A stretch of DNA of 32,000 bases from Raphidiopsis brookii D9 (GTDB taxonomy: Bacteria > Cyanobacteriota > Cyanobacteriia > Cyanobacteriales > Nostocaceae). Below the pieces are notes generated by a model. It was not told where the DNA came from and did not search any database. It saw only the letters and a program-made list of their open reading frames with translations. Below are positions 20,301-29,139 of this stretch, piece after piece. How positions within the stretch are numbered: position 1 is the stretch's first letter; each line of letters starts with the position of its first letter. Location of the stretch: the NCBI GenBank assembly GCA_000175855.1, contig ACYB01000042.1, forward strand, positions 60,001-92,000, given 5' to 3'. Made by a program: the position numbers and the translations under genes.

Positions 20301-20835
20301 AGCTGAAAGTACGATGAATAAAACCGTTGAAGCTACGCAAAGAGCTTTCAACAGCATTCGCACCGGTCGTGCCAATGCTAGTTTGCTAGATAAAGTACAA
20401 GTCGACTATTATGGGTCTCCTACCCCCCTTAAATCCCTGTCCAACATTACTACACCGGACGCATCAACTATTTTAATCCAACCATACGACAGGAGTAGTT
20501 TGAATATAGTGGAAAAGGCTATCTCCTTATCTGATGTAGGTCTAACCCCTAGTAATGATGGTTCTGTGGTTCGCCTAAACATACCACCTTTAACATCTGA
20601 CCGCCGTAAAGAACTAGTTAAACTGGCTGCCAAGTATGCTGAGGAAGGTCGGGTAGGAATTCGCAATATTCGACGTGATGCTCTGGACTCAATCCGCAAG
20701 CAGGAAAAAGCCGGGGAGATTTCAGAAGATGAATCCCGGGATCAGCAGGACAAATTGCAAAAGATCACCGGCAAATATACTGCGAAAATTGATGAATTAC
20801 TTGCAGAAAAGGAGAAAGATATTACCACAGTGTAG
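20287..20835 (+). CDS. frr: Ribosome recycling factor
   Basis: [35 protein letters not shown]...[12 protein letters not shown] start at 20287 overlaps the pyrH end by 14 nt. pyrH-frr order is the classic arrangement. Confidence 0.95.
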   Translation: MKLAEAESTMNKTVEATQRAFNSIRTGRANASLLDKVQVDYYGSPTPLKSLSNITTPDASTILIQPYDRSSLNIVEKAISLSDVGLTPSNDGSVVRLNIPPLTSDRRKELVKLAAKYAEEGRVGIRNIRRDALDSIRKQEKAGEISEDESRDQQDKLQKITGKYTAKIDELLAEKEKDITTV

Positions 20836-20869
20836 ACGGATGTGGGTGGGGGTAGAGATTTCTAAAAAC

Positions 20870-20892
20870 CCCATAGCCCCCACTTCTATGGG
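20870..20892. terminator. Hairpin between convergent frr and cyAbrB genes; candidate bidirectional terminator
   Basis: CCCATAG-cccccactt-CTATGGG. On the minus strand it is followed by gTTTTTag, and on the plus strand by aatttatt. Confidence 0.45.
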
Positions 20893-20895
20893 AAT

Positions 20896-21342
20896 TTATT
20901 CCTCTTCATCGTTGTCTAAATCATCATCATCACCATCAGTGTCAGAAGATATTAGCTTTTTATCACTTTCACTTAGTTGAATCAGGTGAATATGTTTATA
21001 ACCTAGACGAATTTCAAATTCATCTCCAGGTTTTAAACCCATAGCCTTGGTATAAGTAGCACCAATGACAATTTGACGGTTTTGATGGACACTTACACGA
21101 TAGGTTGGCTCTCTTCCTCTTCCATCTTTTGTTGATTCCGGACTGAGGGGAATACCTCTAGCAGATAGCAAAGCATCATAAAAATCCGTGAGGTTAACAC
21201 GCACCTGATTATTTTTAGTTACGGTGTAATACCCACATTGCTTTGCTCTTTCTCGGCGGGGTAAATTGGAAAGTTCTTTTACCCTGGACAGCAATGCTTT
21301 TCCTGTTAATGGGGCACTTGCGGTTTCAGTCATTATGCTCAA
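20896..21342 (-). CDS. Cyanobacterial AbrB-like (cyAbrB, CalA/CalB-type) transcriptional regulator with an acidic C-terminal tail
   Basis: N-terminal LTGKALLSRVKEL...CGYYTVTKNNQVRVNLTDFYDALL and a C-terminal AbrB/SpoVT fold (YRVSVHQNRQIVIGATYTKAMGLKPGDEFEIRLGYKHIHL), as in the Sll0359/Sll0822 family. The tail is DTDGDDDDLDNDEEE. Confidence 0.8.
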   Translation of the reverse strand: MSIMTETASAPLTGKALLSRVKELSNLPRRERAKQCGYYTVTKNNQVRVNLTDFYDALLSARGIPLSPESTKDGRGREPTYRVSVHQNRQIVIGATYTKAMGLKPGDEFEIRLGYKHIHLIQLSESDKKLISSDTDGDDDDLDNDEEE

Positions 21343-21590
21343 AATTCCCTTAATCTATGCAAACAAATCATGCCAGGTAGTCTAGTTTTACATTTGGCTT
21401 GCAGCCAATGTATGTAGCTACTTAAAAGTTGCAGTTTAGCAGTTTAACTGTGAATTACCTGCTTATATTATCAGCCATGTGACCCTGATCTGGGTCATTC
21501 ACTCCCAAGAGGTTTTTCCAGAAATATTTATCAGGTGATTTTACAACACTTTCAACCATTATTCACCATCAGCATCAGCAAAAACTGACC

Positions 21591-21803
21591 TTAATTTTTG
21601 GGTGATCCCAAAGTGATGTAATGCCAGTGATGTAATTTTAAGGTACCTTGGGCTAGTTCTACTCCTAAAAAGTGGTAGACACAATAATTCACAGGGTTTC
21701 CACTTTTAGTCCTTGCTGTTGAGTTGTAGGTTGGCACCCACTCCCCATCTTGAGCTAGAACCCAGTATTCTCCATCTGAAGGACTTACACCTGTTGATTT
21801 CAT
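21591..21803 (-). CDS. Hypothetical 70-aa protein
   Basis: Only ORF in a roughly 850-bp gap. No motif recognised. A 7-bp-stem hairpin (21806..21826) lies 2 nt upstream of the ATG. Confidence 0.3.
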   Translation of the reverse strand: MKSTGVSPSDGEYWVLAQDGEWVPTYNSTARTKSGNPVNYCVYHFLGVELAQGTLKLHHWHYITLGSPKN

Positions 21804-22190
21804 CCGGAGAATCTAGAAAATTCTCCTAGTCTGTTCATCAACAAAGCACTACCAACCGCACTTGTACGACTGTTAGTTCTGCTCCTGGTGCAGTTTCATA
21901 TCAAATACTATCATGAATCAATAATAGCAAAATATTTCTTTAATTGAAAAAACAATTTACAATTTATTATCTATCCATTAGATATCTCCCCCAGAGTGGT
22001 CGTTTATCAGGTGATAACAAAAGTTAGGGGAATTTTGTCTTGGATTTATGCTCCTGGAACTATGGACTTAAGATGTTGATCCGAACTTATATAATAAGGA
22101 TAAGATTGTGGATTATCAGCTGGCAACCCGGGCTAAATGGGTTAAATGGAGCAGCCAGGTTTTTTTAAAAATAAAACGGGAGCCTTATAT

Positions 22191-23198
22191 ATGGAAATTA
22201 TTTTGCACATTACTCGTCAGCAACCTAACTCTACTCCTGTGGTGGAATCCTATAATTTACAGGTGGATCCGGGAAATACAATCTTGGATTGTCTTAATCG
22301 TATTAAGTGGGAACAAGATGGAACTTTGGCATTCCGCAAAAACTGTCGTAATACTATTTGTGGTAGCTGTGCTATGGTGATTAATGGACGTTCCGCTTTA
22401 GCTTGCAAAGAAAATGTTGGCAGCGAACTGGCTAGGTTAAGAAATATTTCCGCTTCTGTTTACCACGCAGACTATCATACCATTAATTCAATTACCGTCG
22501 CTCCCCTAGGAAATATGCCTGTAATTAAGGATTTGGTGGTGGATATGACCAATTTTTGGGATAATCTGGAGACGGTTACACCATATATTAGTACAGCAGC
22601 ACGACAAATCCCAGAAAGGGAGTTTCTCCAAACCCCCCAGGAGCGATCGCTTTTAGACCAGACGGGAAATTGTATTATGTGTGGTGCATGTTATTCCGAA
22701 TGTAATGCTCGTCAGGTTAACCCGGATTTTGTTGGTCCCCATGCTTTAGCTAAAGCCTATCGTATGGTAGCAGATTCTCGGGATGACAATCAAGAAAATC
22801 GCTTGGAAGAATATAATCATACAACTCAAGGTGTGTGGGGTTGCACTCGCTGTTTCTATTGTGATTCTGTATGTCCTATGGGAGTGGAACCTTTAGCACA
22901 AATCAACAAAATCAAACAAAAGATTTTAGAACGTAAACAAGCTGATGAAAGTCGTTCCATTCGCCACCGTAAGGTACTGGTAGATTTAGTTAAACAGGGA
23001 GGATGGATAGATGAGCGTCAGTTTGGGGTGCAAGTGGTTGGCAATTATTTTCGCGATCTCAAAGGACTACTTTCTCTAGCTCCCCTGGGTTTAAGAATGT
23101 TAGTCCGAGGCAAGTTTCCCCTTTCCTTTGAGCCATCATCAGGTACCCAGGAAGTAAAATCTCTTATAGAGTCCATCCAAAAACAGGAATTAACATAA
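22191..23198 (+). CDS. sdhB: Succinate dehydrogenase/fumarate reductase iron-sulfur subunit
   Basis: 2Fe-2S region CRNTICGSCAMVINGRSALAC and two ferredoxin-type clusters, CIMCGACYSEC and CTRCFYCDSVCP. The start is moved to ATG 22191 (MEIILHI). Confidence 0.85.
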   Translation: MEIILHITRQQPNSTPVVESYNLQVDPGNTILDCLNRIKWEQDGTLAFRKNCRNTICGSCAMVINGRSALACKENVGSELARLRNISASVYHADYHTINSITVAPLGNMPVIKDLVVDMTNFWDNLETVTPYISTAARQIPEREFLQTPQERSLLDQTGNCIMCGACYSECNARQVNPDFVGPHALAKAYRMVADSRDDNQENRLEEYNHTTQGVWGCTRCFYCDSVCPMGVEPLAQINKIKQKILERKQADESRSIRHRKVLVDLVKQGGWIDERQFGVQVVGNYFRDLKGLLSLAPLGLRMLVRGKFPLSFEPSSGTQEVKSLIESIQKQELT

Positions 23199-23213
23199 TA
23201 TACAATATATTTA

Positions 23214-23756
23214 CTATGGTACATTTAATTTTTGACCAAATTGGTCATAAACCAAAATATCCCATTGTCCACTATTGGTGAACTCAAATGCAATTCTATT
23301 GCCATCAGCACTAATGGTGGGATTGCGGAATTGAGCTGCTAAATTGGTGGTTAAGTTACGAGATTGGCGTGTTTCTCTATCATAAAGAAAAATGCCAGAT
23401 TTTCCTTGACGACTAGCAGCAAAAACAATATAACGACCATCCTGACTTACCGCAGGATGGTCAGCCATACTGTCAAAGGTATTCAGTTCAGGTAAATCTA
23501 CTAGACTCCTAGTAATTGTGTCAAATAAATACACATCCTGGCTACCCCGACGGTCAGTAACAAACACAATATATCTACCACCAATGTGTGGGTTAAACTC
23601 AGAAGCTAAACTATTTAAACCACGACCACCAGAGTCCAAAGGATAATTTAAGATTCGCGGGTAACCGAAACACCCAGCTAACAAACCTGACATCAAAACC
23701 AAGCTCAACAGTAAAATGGCAGATGACCTAGATAACTTATGTAAATTATATAACAT
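23214..23756 (-). CDS. TolB-like PD40 beta-propeller repeat lipoprotein
   Basis: Lipobox LLAGC. Repeated P.(I/V)S.DGRYI(V/A)F motifs (HIGGRYIVFVTDRRG, SQDGRYIVFAASRQG, SADGNRIAFEF). Confidence 0.7.
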   Translation of the reverse strand: MLYNLHKLSRSSAILLLSLVLMSGLLAGCFGYPRILNYPLDSGGRGLNSLASEFNPHIGGRYIVFVTDRRGSQDVYLFDTITRSLVDLPELNTFDSMADHPAVSQDGRYIVFAASRQGKSGIFLYDRETRQSRNLTTNLAAQFRNPTISADGNRIAFEFTNSGQWDILVYDQFGQKLNVP

Positions 23757-23773
23757 ACCACCAAGTCTTCAGA

Positions 23774-24286
23774 CTAACTTCCCACAGTCCTACCATTAGG
23801 AATATCTAACTCCACAGTTGGTCCACGATCCAAAACTTCAATATCCCATTGTCCACGACCAGCGGATTGGAAGACAATATAACGTCCATCAGGACTAATA
23901 TCCGGATTTTTAATCCAACCCCCGTATGTGGGAGTTAACACTTGTGACTGTTTTGTAGCTCGGTCATAAAGAGCTATCACTGGTTTAGCGCGATCGCTTG
24001 TTAAATAACAAATATAACGACCAGTGTAGCTGAGACTAGGATTTTCCACAATGGTTTCTCGTCGATTTAAACCAGGAATGGGAGCAAAGCCTTGATTTTG
24101 CAAATCATAGACCAACAACTGCTGACTACCACTACGATTAGAAACAAAAGCTAGAAACCTTCCATCACCACTAAAAGCAGGATCCTGCTCTGTATAGCGG
24201 GTATTCACCGACAAAATATCCATCCTCACTTCACTAGTTCCACAAGATACTAGTAAAATAGCCAGTGCCAAAATTAGGACTTGCAT
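23774..24286 (-). CDS. TolB-like PD40 beta-propeller repeat lipoprotein (tandem paralogue)
   Basis: Signal MQVLILALAILLVSC from ATG 24286. PD40 repeats (SGDGRFLAFVSNRSG, SYTGRYICYLTSDR, SPDGRYIVFQSAGRG). Confidence 0.7.
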   Translation of the reverse strand: MQVLILALAILLVSCGTSEVRMDILSVNTRYTEQDPAFSGDGRFLAFVSNRSGSQQLLVYDLQNQGFAPIPGLNRRETIVENPSLSYTGRYICYLTSDRAKPVIALYDRATKQSQVLTPTYGGWIKNPDISPDGRYIVFQSAGRGQWDIEVLDRGPTVELDIPNGRTVGS

Positions 24287-24314
24287 GAAAAAGTGAGGAG
24301 GGGGAGATAAGAAC

Positions 24315-25207
24315 TTAAATATCATCCAAATCATCAGAATTATCTGGGTTTCGAGTTGGTGTTTCTATGGGATTATAGGGTACATAATCAGCATTAATTG
24401 GTTCATCATCTCCAGAGATAAAAGACTCCACAGGGGGACGACGCCTTCTTGGTCTAGTGGGTGGTTCATTCTGGGGAAATTCTGGAGATTGAGGTTTACG
24501 AGAACGAGATGGTTTTCTGGTTTCTGAAGGGGGAGTTTCCCAGTCATCAACTGGTCTAGGAGGAGCGCCCCAATTTTCATCAGAATCATAACTATTAGGA
24601 CGGTTGGAGGAGCTTCCATAACCAGTACGGCGTTTTTTAGTTCGTGAATCTGGTTGTTCCTGACGACCACGACGTGGTGTGCGCTGGGGAGTGTCTTCGT
24701 AGCTCTCTTGACTAGGACGATCATCCCGACTACCGCGAATCCTAGGACGTTGGGGGGTTCCGGTTCTTCCTCTTCGTAGTATGGTAGTGGATCTAGATCT
24801 TCATCTACTTCTGCTTGATAATTACGACGTTGAGAATAAGAATATTTTTTACTAACTTCCCGCTCATCATCTACAATGGGAGTATTACGTTTAGCTTGTT
24901 GAGTAGCAATGCTCCTTAACCTAATACTTTCAACTGCAAAAAATACTGTAGAGCCAACCAACAGCAACTGGCCAAATTGCAAAATCGGGTCAAGTCGCCA
25001 CCCTTGAAAGATGAGAATAAACCCACATAATAGTCCAACAGCGGCGAAAAATATGTCCTGATCTCGTGAAAGTTCGGGACGCACAGTACGTAGGAAATAC
25101 AGTGCTGCTCCAGCTACCGCTAGAAAAATTCCCAGCACACTAGCTGAATTAGCCCCGAAATTTACCTGAGCTAGAAGACCAGTCCCATTGATCCCAAAAT
25201 TTATCAT
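24315..25207 (-). pseudogene. ycf66: Ycf66 family membrane protein; frame broken at a G6/C6 run
   Basis: The N-terminus from ATG 25207 (MINFG...LYFLRTVRPELSRDQDIFFAAVGLLCGFILIFQGWRLDPILQFGQ) is canonical Ycf66. After EEEPEPP the annotated frame turns hydrophobic and atypical. The alternative frame reads QRPRIRGSRDDRPSQESYEDTPQRTPRRGRQEQ...DYVPYNPIETPTRNPDNSDDLDDI, stopping at 24315. Confidence 0.8.
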
Positions 25208-25286
25208 TGCTCTTTTCCTTGTAATATCAATGACTGATGAGGGTTCATCAGTCATTAGTTAACCATTCCTTATTGTCTGAAATTGT

Positions 25287-25406
25287 CTAATTGCGTTGGA
25301 CCTTATCTTTTTGGCTGATAAAAATCAAACCCACGGTAGCAGGGATAACTACAATAGCAGTACCCCAAACTAGACTCCAAAGGAAATTTGCTAAAGAGGG
25401 TGTCAT
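25287..25406 (-). CDS. psbX: Photosystem II reaction centre protein X
   Basis: A 39-aa ORF absent from the ORF track: MTPSLANFLWSLVWGTAIVVIPATVGLIFISQKDKVQRN. Single TM helix plus the SQKDK tail typical of cyanobacterial PsbX. Confidence 0.85.
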   Translation of the reverse strand: MTPSLANFLWSLVWGTAIVVIPATVGLIFISQKDKVQRN

Positions 25407-25495
25407 AATTCTTAACCTGATTTTTTTACACAATTCATCCTAATTTTAGCAAAGAATGAACTCCATTGTGGTACTATTGGATTTAACTGATAGTC

Positions 25496-25805
25496 ATGAC
25501 TAGTGTTATGAGTGGTGTTGACCTGATCTCCTGGACTGTTGGACCCCTTCTGGGTGTCATGACCTTTTTATTTTATTTTCCGGATCATTTTGACTTGGTA
25601 TCCCCAGGTGAGTCTTAAACAATTACCGTTTAGTCTGATCGCCTGGCCAACTGAACCTTTTTTAGTCCTACTCAGGAAAATTGTGCCACCTCTTGGTGGT
25701 GTGGATATCACTCCCATTATTTGGGTAGGTATCTTCAGTTTGGTAAGGGAGTTTTTGCTAGGTCAGCAAGGATTACTGACCATGGCGGCACGATTAAATG
25801 GATAG
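25496..25805 (+). pseudogene. YggT/Ycf19 family membrane protein; frame broken in a T-run cluster
   Basis: ORF 25590..25805 (TTG start) carries the YggT core, and its frame reads FRIILTWYPQ...PTEPFLVLLRKIVPPLGGVDITPII. The missing first TM helix (MTSVMSGVDLISWTVGPLLGVMTFLFYF) is encoded from ATG 25496 in another frame. The junction lies in T5/T4/T4 runs at 25565..25579. Confidence 0.7.
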
Positions 25806-25821
25806 TTACTCTCAACAACAA

Positions 25822-27167
25822 CTAAGGAAGTTTCATATCCTGTATGAAACTGGTGTAAACTTGACCTTGTAAAAACTGTGGATGTTCCATGATCCTTTGA
25901 TGAAATGCAATGGTTGTAGGTAGTCCGGTAATTGCACATTCCCTTAGGGCCCGTTTCATGCGGTTAATGGCCGTATGGCGATCAGGTCCCCAGACGATTA
26001 ATTTACCAATCAGGGAATCGTAGTAGGGAGGGATTTGGTAATCTGTGTAAACATGAGAATCAATTCTTACCCCTGGTCCTCCTGGTGGTAGGTAGCCACT
26101 GATTTTACCAGGTGATGGACGAAAGTCATGATCTGGGTCTTCAGCATTGATGCGACACTCGATAGCATGACCTTGCAGGGTGACTTTATCCTGATCGAAT
26201 TTGAGTCTTTCCCCTTGAGCAATGCGAATTTGCTCTACGAGAAGGTCTACACCGGTAACCATTTCAGTGACTGGGTGTTCTACTTGAATCCGGGTGTTCA
26301 TTTCCATAAAGTAGAAATGACCTGACTTGTCTAGGAGAAATTCCACGGTTCCAGCACCTGTGTAGTTAATAAACTGTGCTGCTTTCACAGCTGCATGTCC
26401 CATTTTTTCCCGTAGATCTTCATCCAAAGCAGGACTAGGTGCTTCTTCTAATAACTTCTGGTTGCGACGCTGAATAGAACAGTCCCTTTCTCCTAAATGG
26501 ATGACATTACCATAGTTATCCCCCAGGATTTGAAACTCGATGTGTCGAGGACGTTCGATAAATTTTTCTATATAGACACCAGCATTACCAAAAGCGGCAC
26601 CAGCTTCTCCTTGAGCTGCATGGAACAGCTTAATAAACTCATCTTCACTGCGCACAAGACGCATACCTCTACCACCACCTCCAGCAGTGGCCTTGATCAT
26701 GACAGGATAACCGATCTGGTGCGCGATCGCCAGTCCTTGGGTTTCAGTTTCCACCAGTCCATCACTACCGGGAACCGTGGGAACTCCAGCCTTTTGCATA
26801 GTTTCTTTGGCTGTGGATTTATCCCCCATTAAGCGAATTGCTTCTGGTGTAGGACCAATAAATGCAATTTGGTGGTCTGCACAAATCTCTGCGAATCTGG
26901 CATTTTCTGCGAGAAAACCATAACCTGGGTGAATAGCAGTTGCACCTCTGGTTAAGGCTGCTGCAATAATGTTGGAATATTTAAGTAACTTTTAGCACTA
27001 GCTGGTTCACCAATACAAACCGCTTCATCAGCCAATTGAACGTGTAGAGCATTACGGTCAACGGTAGAGTGAATAGCAACTGTGGAAATTCCCATTTCTT
27101 CACAGGCCCGGAGAATACGAAGGGCTATTTCCCCCCGATTGGCAATTAAAATCTTGTCAAACTTCAT
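25822..27167 (-). pseudogene. accC: Acetyl-CoA carboxylase biotin carboxylase subunit; single frame break near codon 66
   Basis: ORF 26952..27167 reads [27 protein letters not shown]...AKSYLNIP. The 25822..26829 frame extends upstream without a start codon as [56 protein letters not shown]. The observed attccaacatt would be in frame as attccaaacatt. Confidence 0.9.
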
Positions 27168-27320
27168 TTTTTAGTTACCATATTACTACCAGTGGATTCA
27201 CATTTTCTCCCATCTGCTTGAACTAAAGCTGTTATATTATATTAGTTCTCATGATTTTCTGATCGAAAATTCCAGAAAGTCTTTGCCACAACTTAATTTA
27301 CAAAACTTTTCAAAAAACAT

Positions 27321-27349
27321 TTGCCATTGTCAATTTACTATGCTATAAT
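27321..27349 (+). promoter_or_regulatory. Sigma70-type promoter of tRNA-Leu
   Basis: TTGCCA (27321..27326), a 17-nt spacer, then TATAAT (27344..27349). It ends 18 nt upstream of the mature tRNA 5' end. Confidence 0.55.
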
Positions 27350-27367
27350 TCGGTTCTAGGCAACCAT

Positions 27368-27448
27368 GCGGATGTGGCGGAATTGGTATACGCGCACGCT
27401 TGAGGTGCGTGTGGCATTGCCTTGCGAGTTCGAGTCTCGCCATCCGCA
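27368..27448 (+). tRNA. tRNA-Leu (anticodon GAG)
   Basis: Manual fold: acceptor GCGGATG/CATCCGC plus discriminator A; anticodon stem CACGC/GCGTG with loop TTGAGGT; long variable arm (tGGCattGCCtt); T arm GCGAG-TTCGAGT-CTCGC. CCA is not encoded. Confidence 0.9.
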
Positions 27449-27458
27449 TAATGCCCTG

Positions 27459-28088
27459 TTAAAGTTGATTGATTCGGGAAAATAAAAGAGCCACCTTGTC
27501 TAAATCCTTGTCCCCGGGCGATCGCTCCACTCCACTAGAGAGGTCAATACCATCTGGATGGATTTGAGTGAGGGCGGTAGTAACATTATCTGGAGTCAGT
27601 CCTCCTGCCAAAAACCAGGGAAGGTTGGGGCGGAAGGATTGTAGGACTTGCCAGTCAAGGGTTTTTCCCGTTCCTCCTAACTGTTGGGGATGATAAGCAT
27701 CCAATAAAAATGTATCCACACAACTGCTGTAGTTGGGGGTAGTTTCTAGTTGTTCCCAGCTCCTTACCCTAAAAGCCTTAATTAGTTCTATGTTAGGCAA
27801 GACTTGACGTAATTCCTCACAGAATAGAGGGGTTTCGTCTCCATGTAGCTGTACACCGGTTAAACTTGATGAACTGACTACTTTGGTAATTTCAAAAATG
27901 CTACTGTTTGCGAACACACCAATTTTCTCAACATGGTCAGGTACATGGGAAGTGGCTAGGTTAATCTGTTCTATACTGACATAGCGGGGTGAACTAGGTA
28001 CACAAATAAAACCTAAAGCAGTTGCACCCAGTTGGGTAATTGCCAAAGATTGTTGTGGTTGAGTAATACCGCAAATTTTAATCCGCAT
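27459..28088 (-). CDS. trpF: Phosphoribosylanthranilate isomerase
   Basis: MRIKICGIT...[12 protein letters not shown]...VQLHGDE...[10 protein letters not shown]. The start is taken at ATG 28088; the ORF track start at 28121 would overlap chlG. Confidence 0.9.
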   Translation of the reverse strand: MRIKICGITQPQQSLAITQLGATALGFICVPSSPRYVSIEQINLATSHVPDHVEKIGVFANSSIFEITKVVSSSSLTGVQLHGDETPLFCEELRQVLPNIELIKAFRVRSWEQLETTPNYSSCVDTFLLDAYHPQQLGGTGKTLDWQVLQSFRPNLPWFLAGGLTPDNVTTALTQIHPDGIDLSSGVERSPGDKDLDKVALLFSRINQL

Positions 28089-28107
28089 TGAGATAGTCTG
28101 ATGATGG

Positions 28108-29121
28108 TTAAATTCCGCCATGACCCAGTGCTAGACCGGTAACTAGCATTCCCAAAACTAGAAACGGTTGAGCACTGGCCTGGTATTTGACATCATTAGC
28201 GATAGGGTCTCTCAGGAAATACATATCCTGGAAAGTAATTTGGGGAATGATTAATAATGCCAAAATTGCCGCATATAGATTTTCATGAATGCTGACTAGA
28301 TAACCTGCTACTAAACCTTGAAATAAATCTATCATTACCACACAAATTAGGGCCGCAGTTTCAATGCCAAACATCACAGGTAATGAATTTAAACCTAACT
28401 GGCGATCGCCTTCCACACTTTTAAAGTCATTGACAATAGCAATACCCAAACCAGCCAAACTGTAAAATAGGGTAAGAACCACAATTTTCCAATTTAATTC
28501 ACCAAATAAAGCATGACCCGCCCACCAAGGTAAGGCAATATAACTAGCACCCAAAGCATAGTTACCCAGCCAACCATTTTGTTTTAACTTTAATGGAGGA
28601 GCTGAATAAATATAGGCAACCAAAGAGCCAAAAACCGACAGCATCAAAACATTAGGAAATGTGTGGCCCGCCCATATATCTAAAATATAAGCAACTCCAT
28701 AGCCCAATAATAATAAAATTACAAACTGACTAACTACTTGTTTTTCAGAAATTGCTCCGGAAGGAATAGGGCGGTAAGGTTCATTGATAGCATCTATTTC
28801 TCGGTCATAATAATCATTAATGGTTTGGGTGTAACCAGTGAGTAAGGGACCTGAAAGTAACATGCACAGTGCTGCTTTCAAAACATTTTCTAAGCTCCAG
28901 CTGTAGTTACCAGAAGAAGCTGCACCACACACCACACCCAAATTAAGGAATCCAGGTAATAGGTTCATCAACTGTAACCGAATTTTCCATATTGATGTTT
29001 CTCCAGATGCTGCACCTTTCATTCCCAAAAGTTGACGGGTTTTAGATGTGCGTTCTCCTGAATTTTCTGTATCTATTGCTGAAGACTGAGAATTTTCATT
29101 TACAGGGGCGGATTCAGACAT
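28108..29121 (-). CDS. chlG: Chlorophyll a synthase (UbiA-family prenyltransferase); a short internal segment appears frame-scrambled
   Basis: [23 protein letters not shown]...[10 protein letters not shown]...[24 protein letters not shown]...[15 protein letters not shown]...QASAQPFLV match ChlG throughout. The exception is [11 protein letters not shown], where the conserved MKPITWIPLIWG is expected. Confidence 0.9.
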   Translation of the reverse strand: MSESAPVNENSQSSAIDTENSGERTSKTRQLLGMKGAASGETSIWKIRLQLMNLLPGFLNLGVVCGAASSGNYSWSLENVLKAALCMLLSGPLLTGYTQTINDYYDREIDAINEPYRPIPSGAISEKQVVSQFVILLLLGYGVAYILDIWAGHTFPNVLMLSVFGSLVAYIYSAPPLKLKQNGWLGNYALGASYIALPWWAGHALFGELNWKIVVLTLFYSLAGLGIAIVNDFKSVEGDRQLGLNSLPVMFGIETAALICVVMIDLFQGLVAGYLVSIHENLYAAILALLIIPQITFQDMYFLRDPIANDVKYQASAQPFLVLGMLVTGLALGHGGI

Positions 29122-29139
29122 AAAACCTACTTAATCTTT

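Noticed and set aside
21525-22017. The 13-mer tttatcaggtgat occurs twice (near 21527 and 22004), flanking the 70-aa ORF. It could be a target-site duplication or a regulator site.
   Set aside because: Several exact 13-mer repeats are expected by chance in 32 kb of AT-biased sequence. No terminal inverted repeats or mobility gene lie between the copies.
26940-26990. Programmed ribosomal frameshifting as an explanation for the split accC.
   Set aside because: There is no slippery heptamer or downstream stimulatory structure at the junction. The same type of lesion recurs in unrelated genes, pointing to sequence error or decay.
1-27448. An apparent leucine theme: LeuDH-like gene, leuS and tRNA-Leu(GAG) in one window.
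   Set aside because: The three loci are 15 and 10 kb apart, on different strands, and separated by many unrelated housekeeping genes. This is most likely coincidence.
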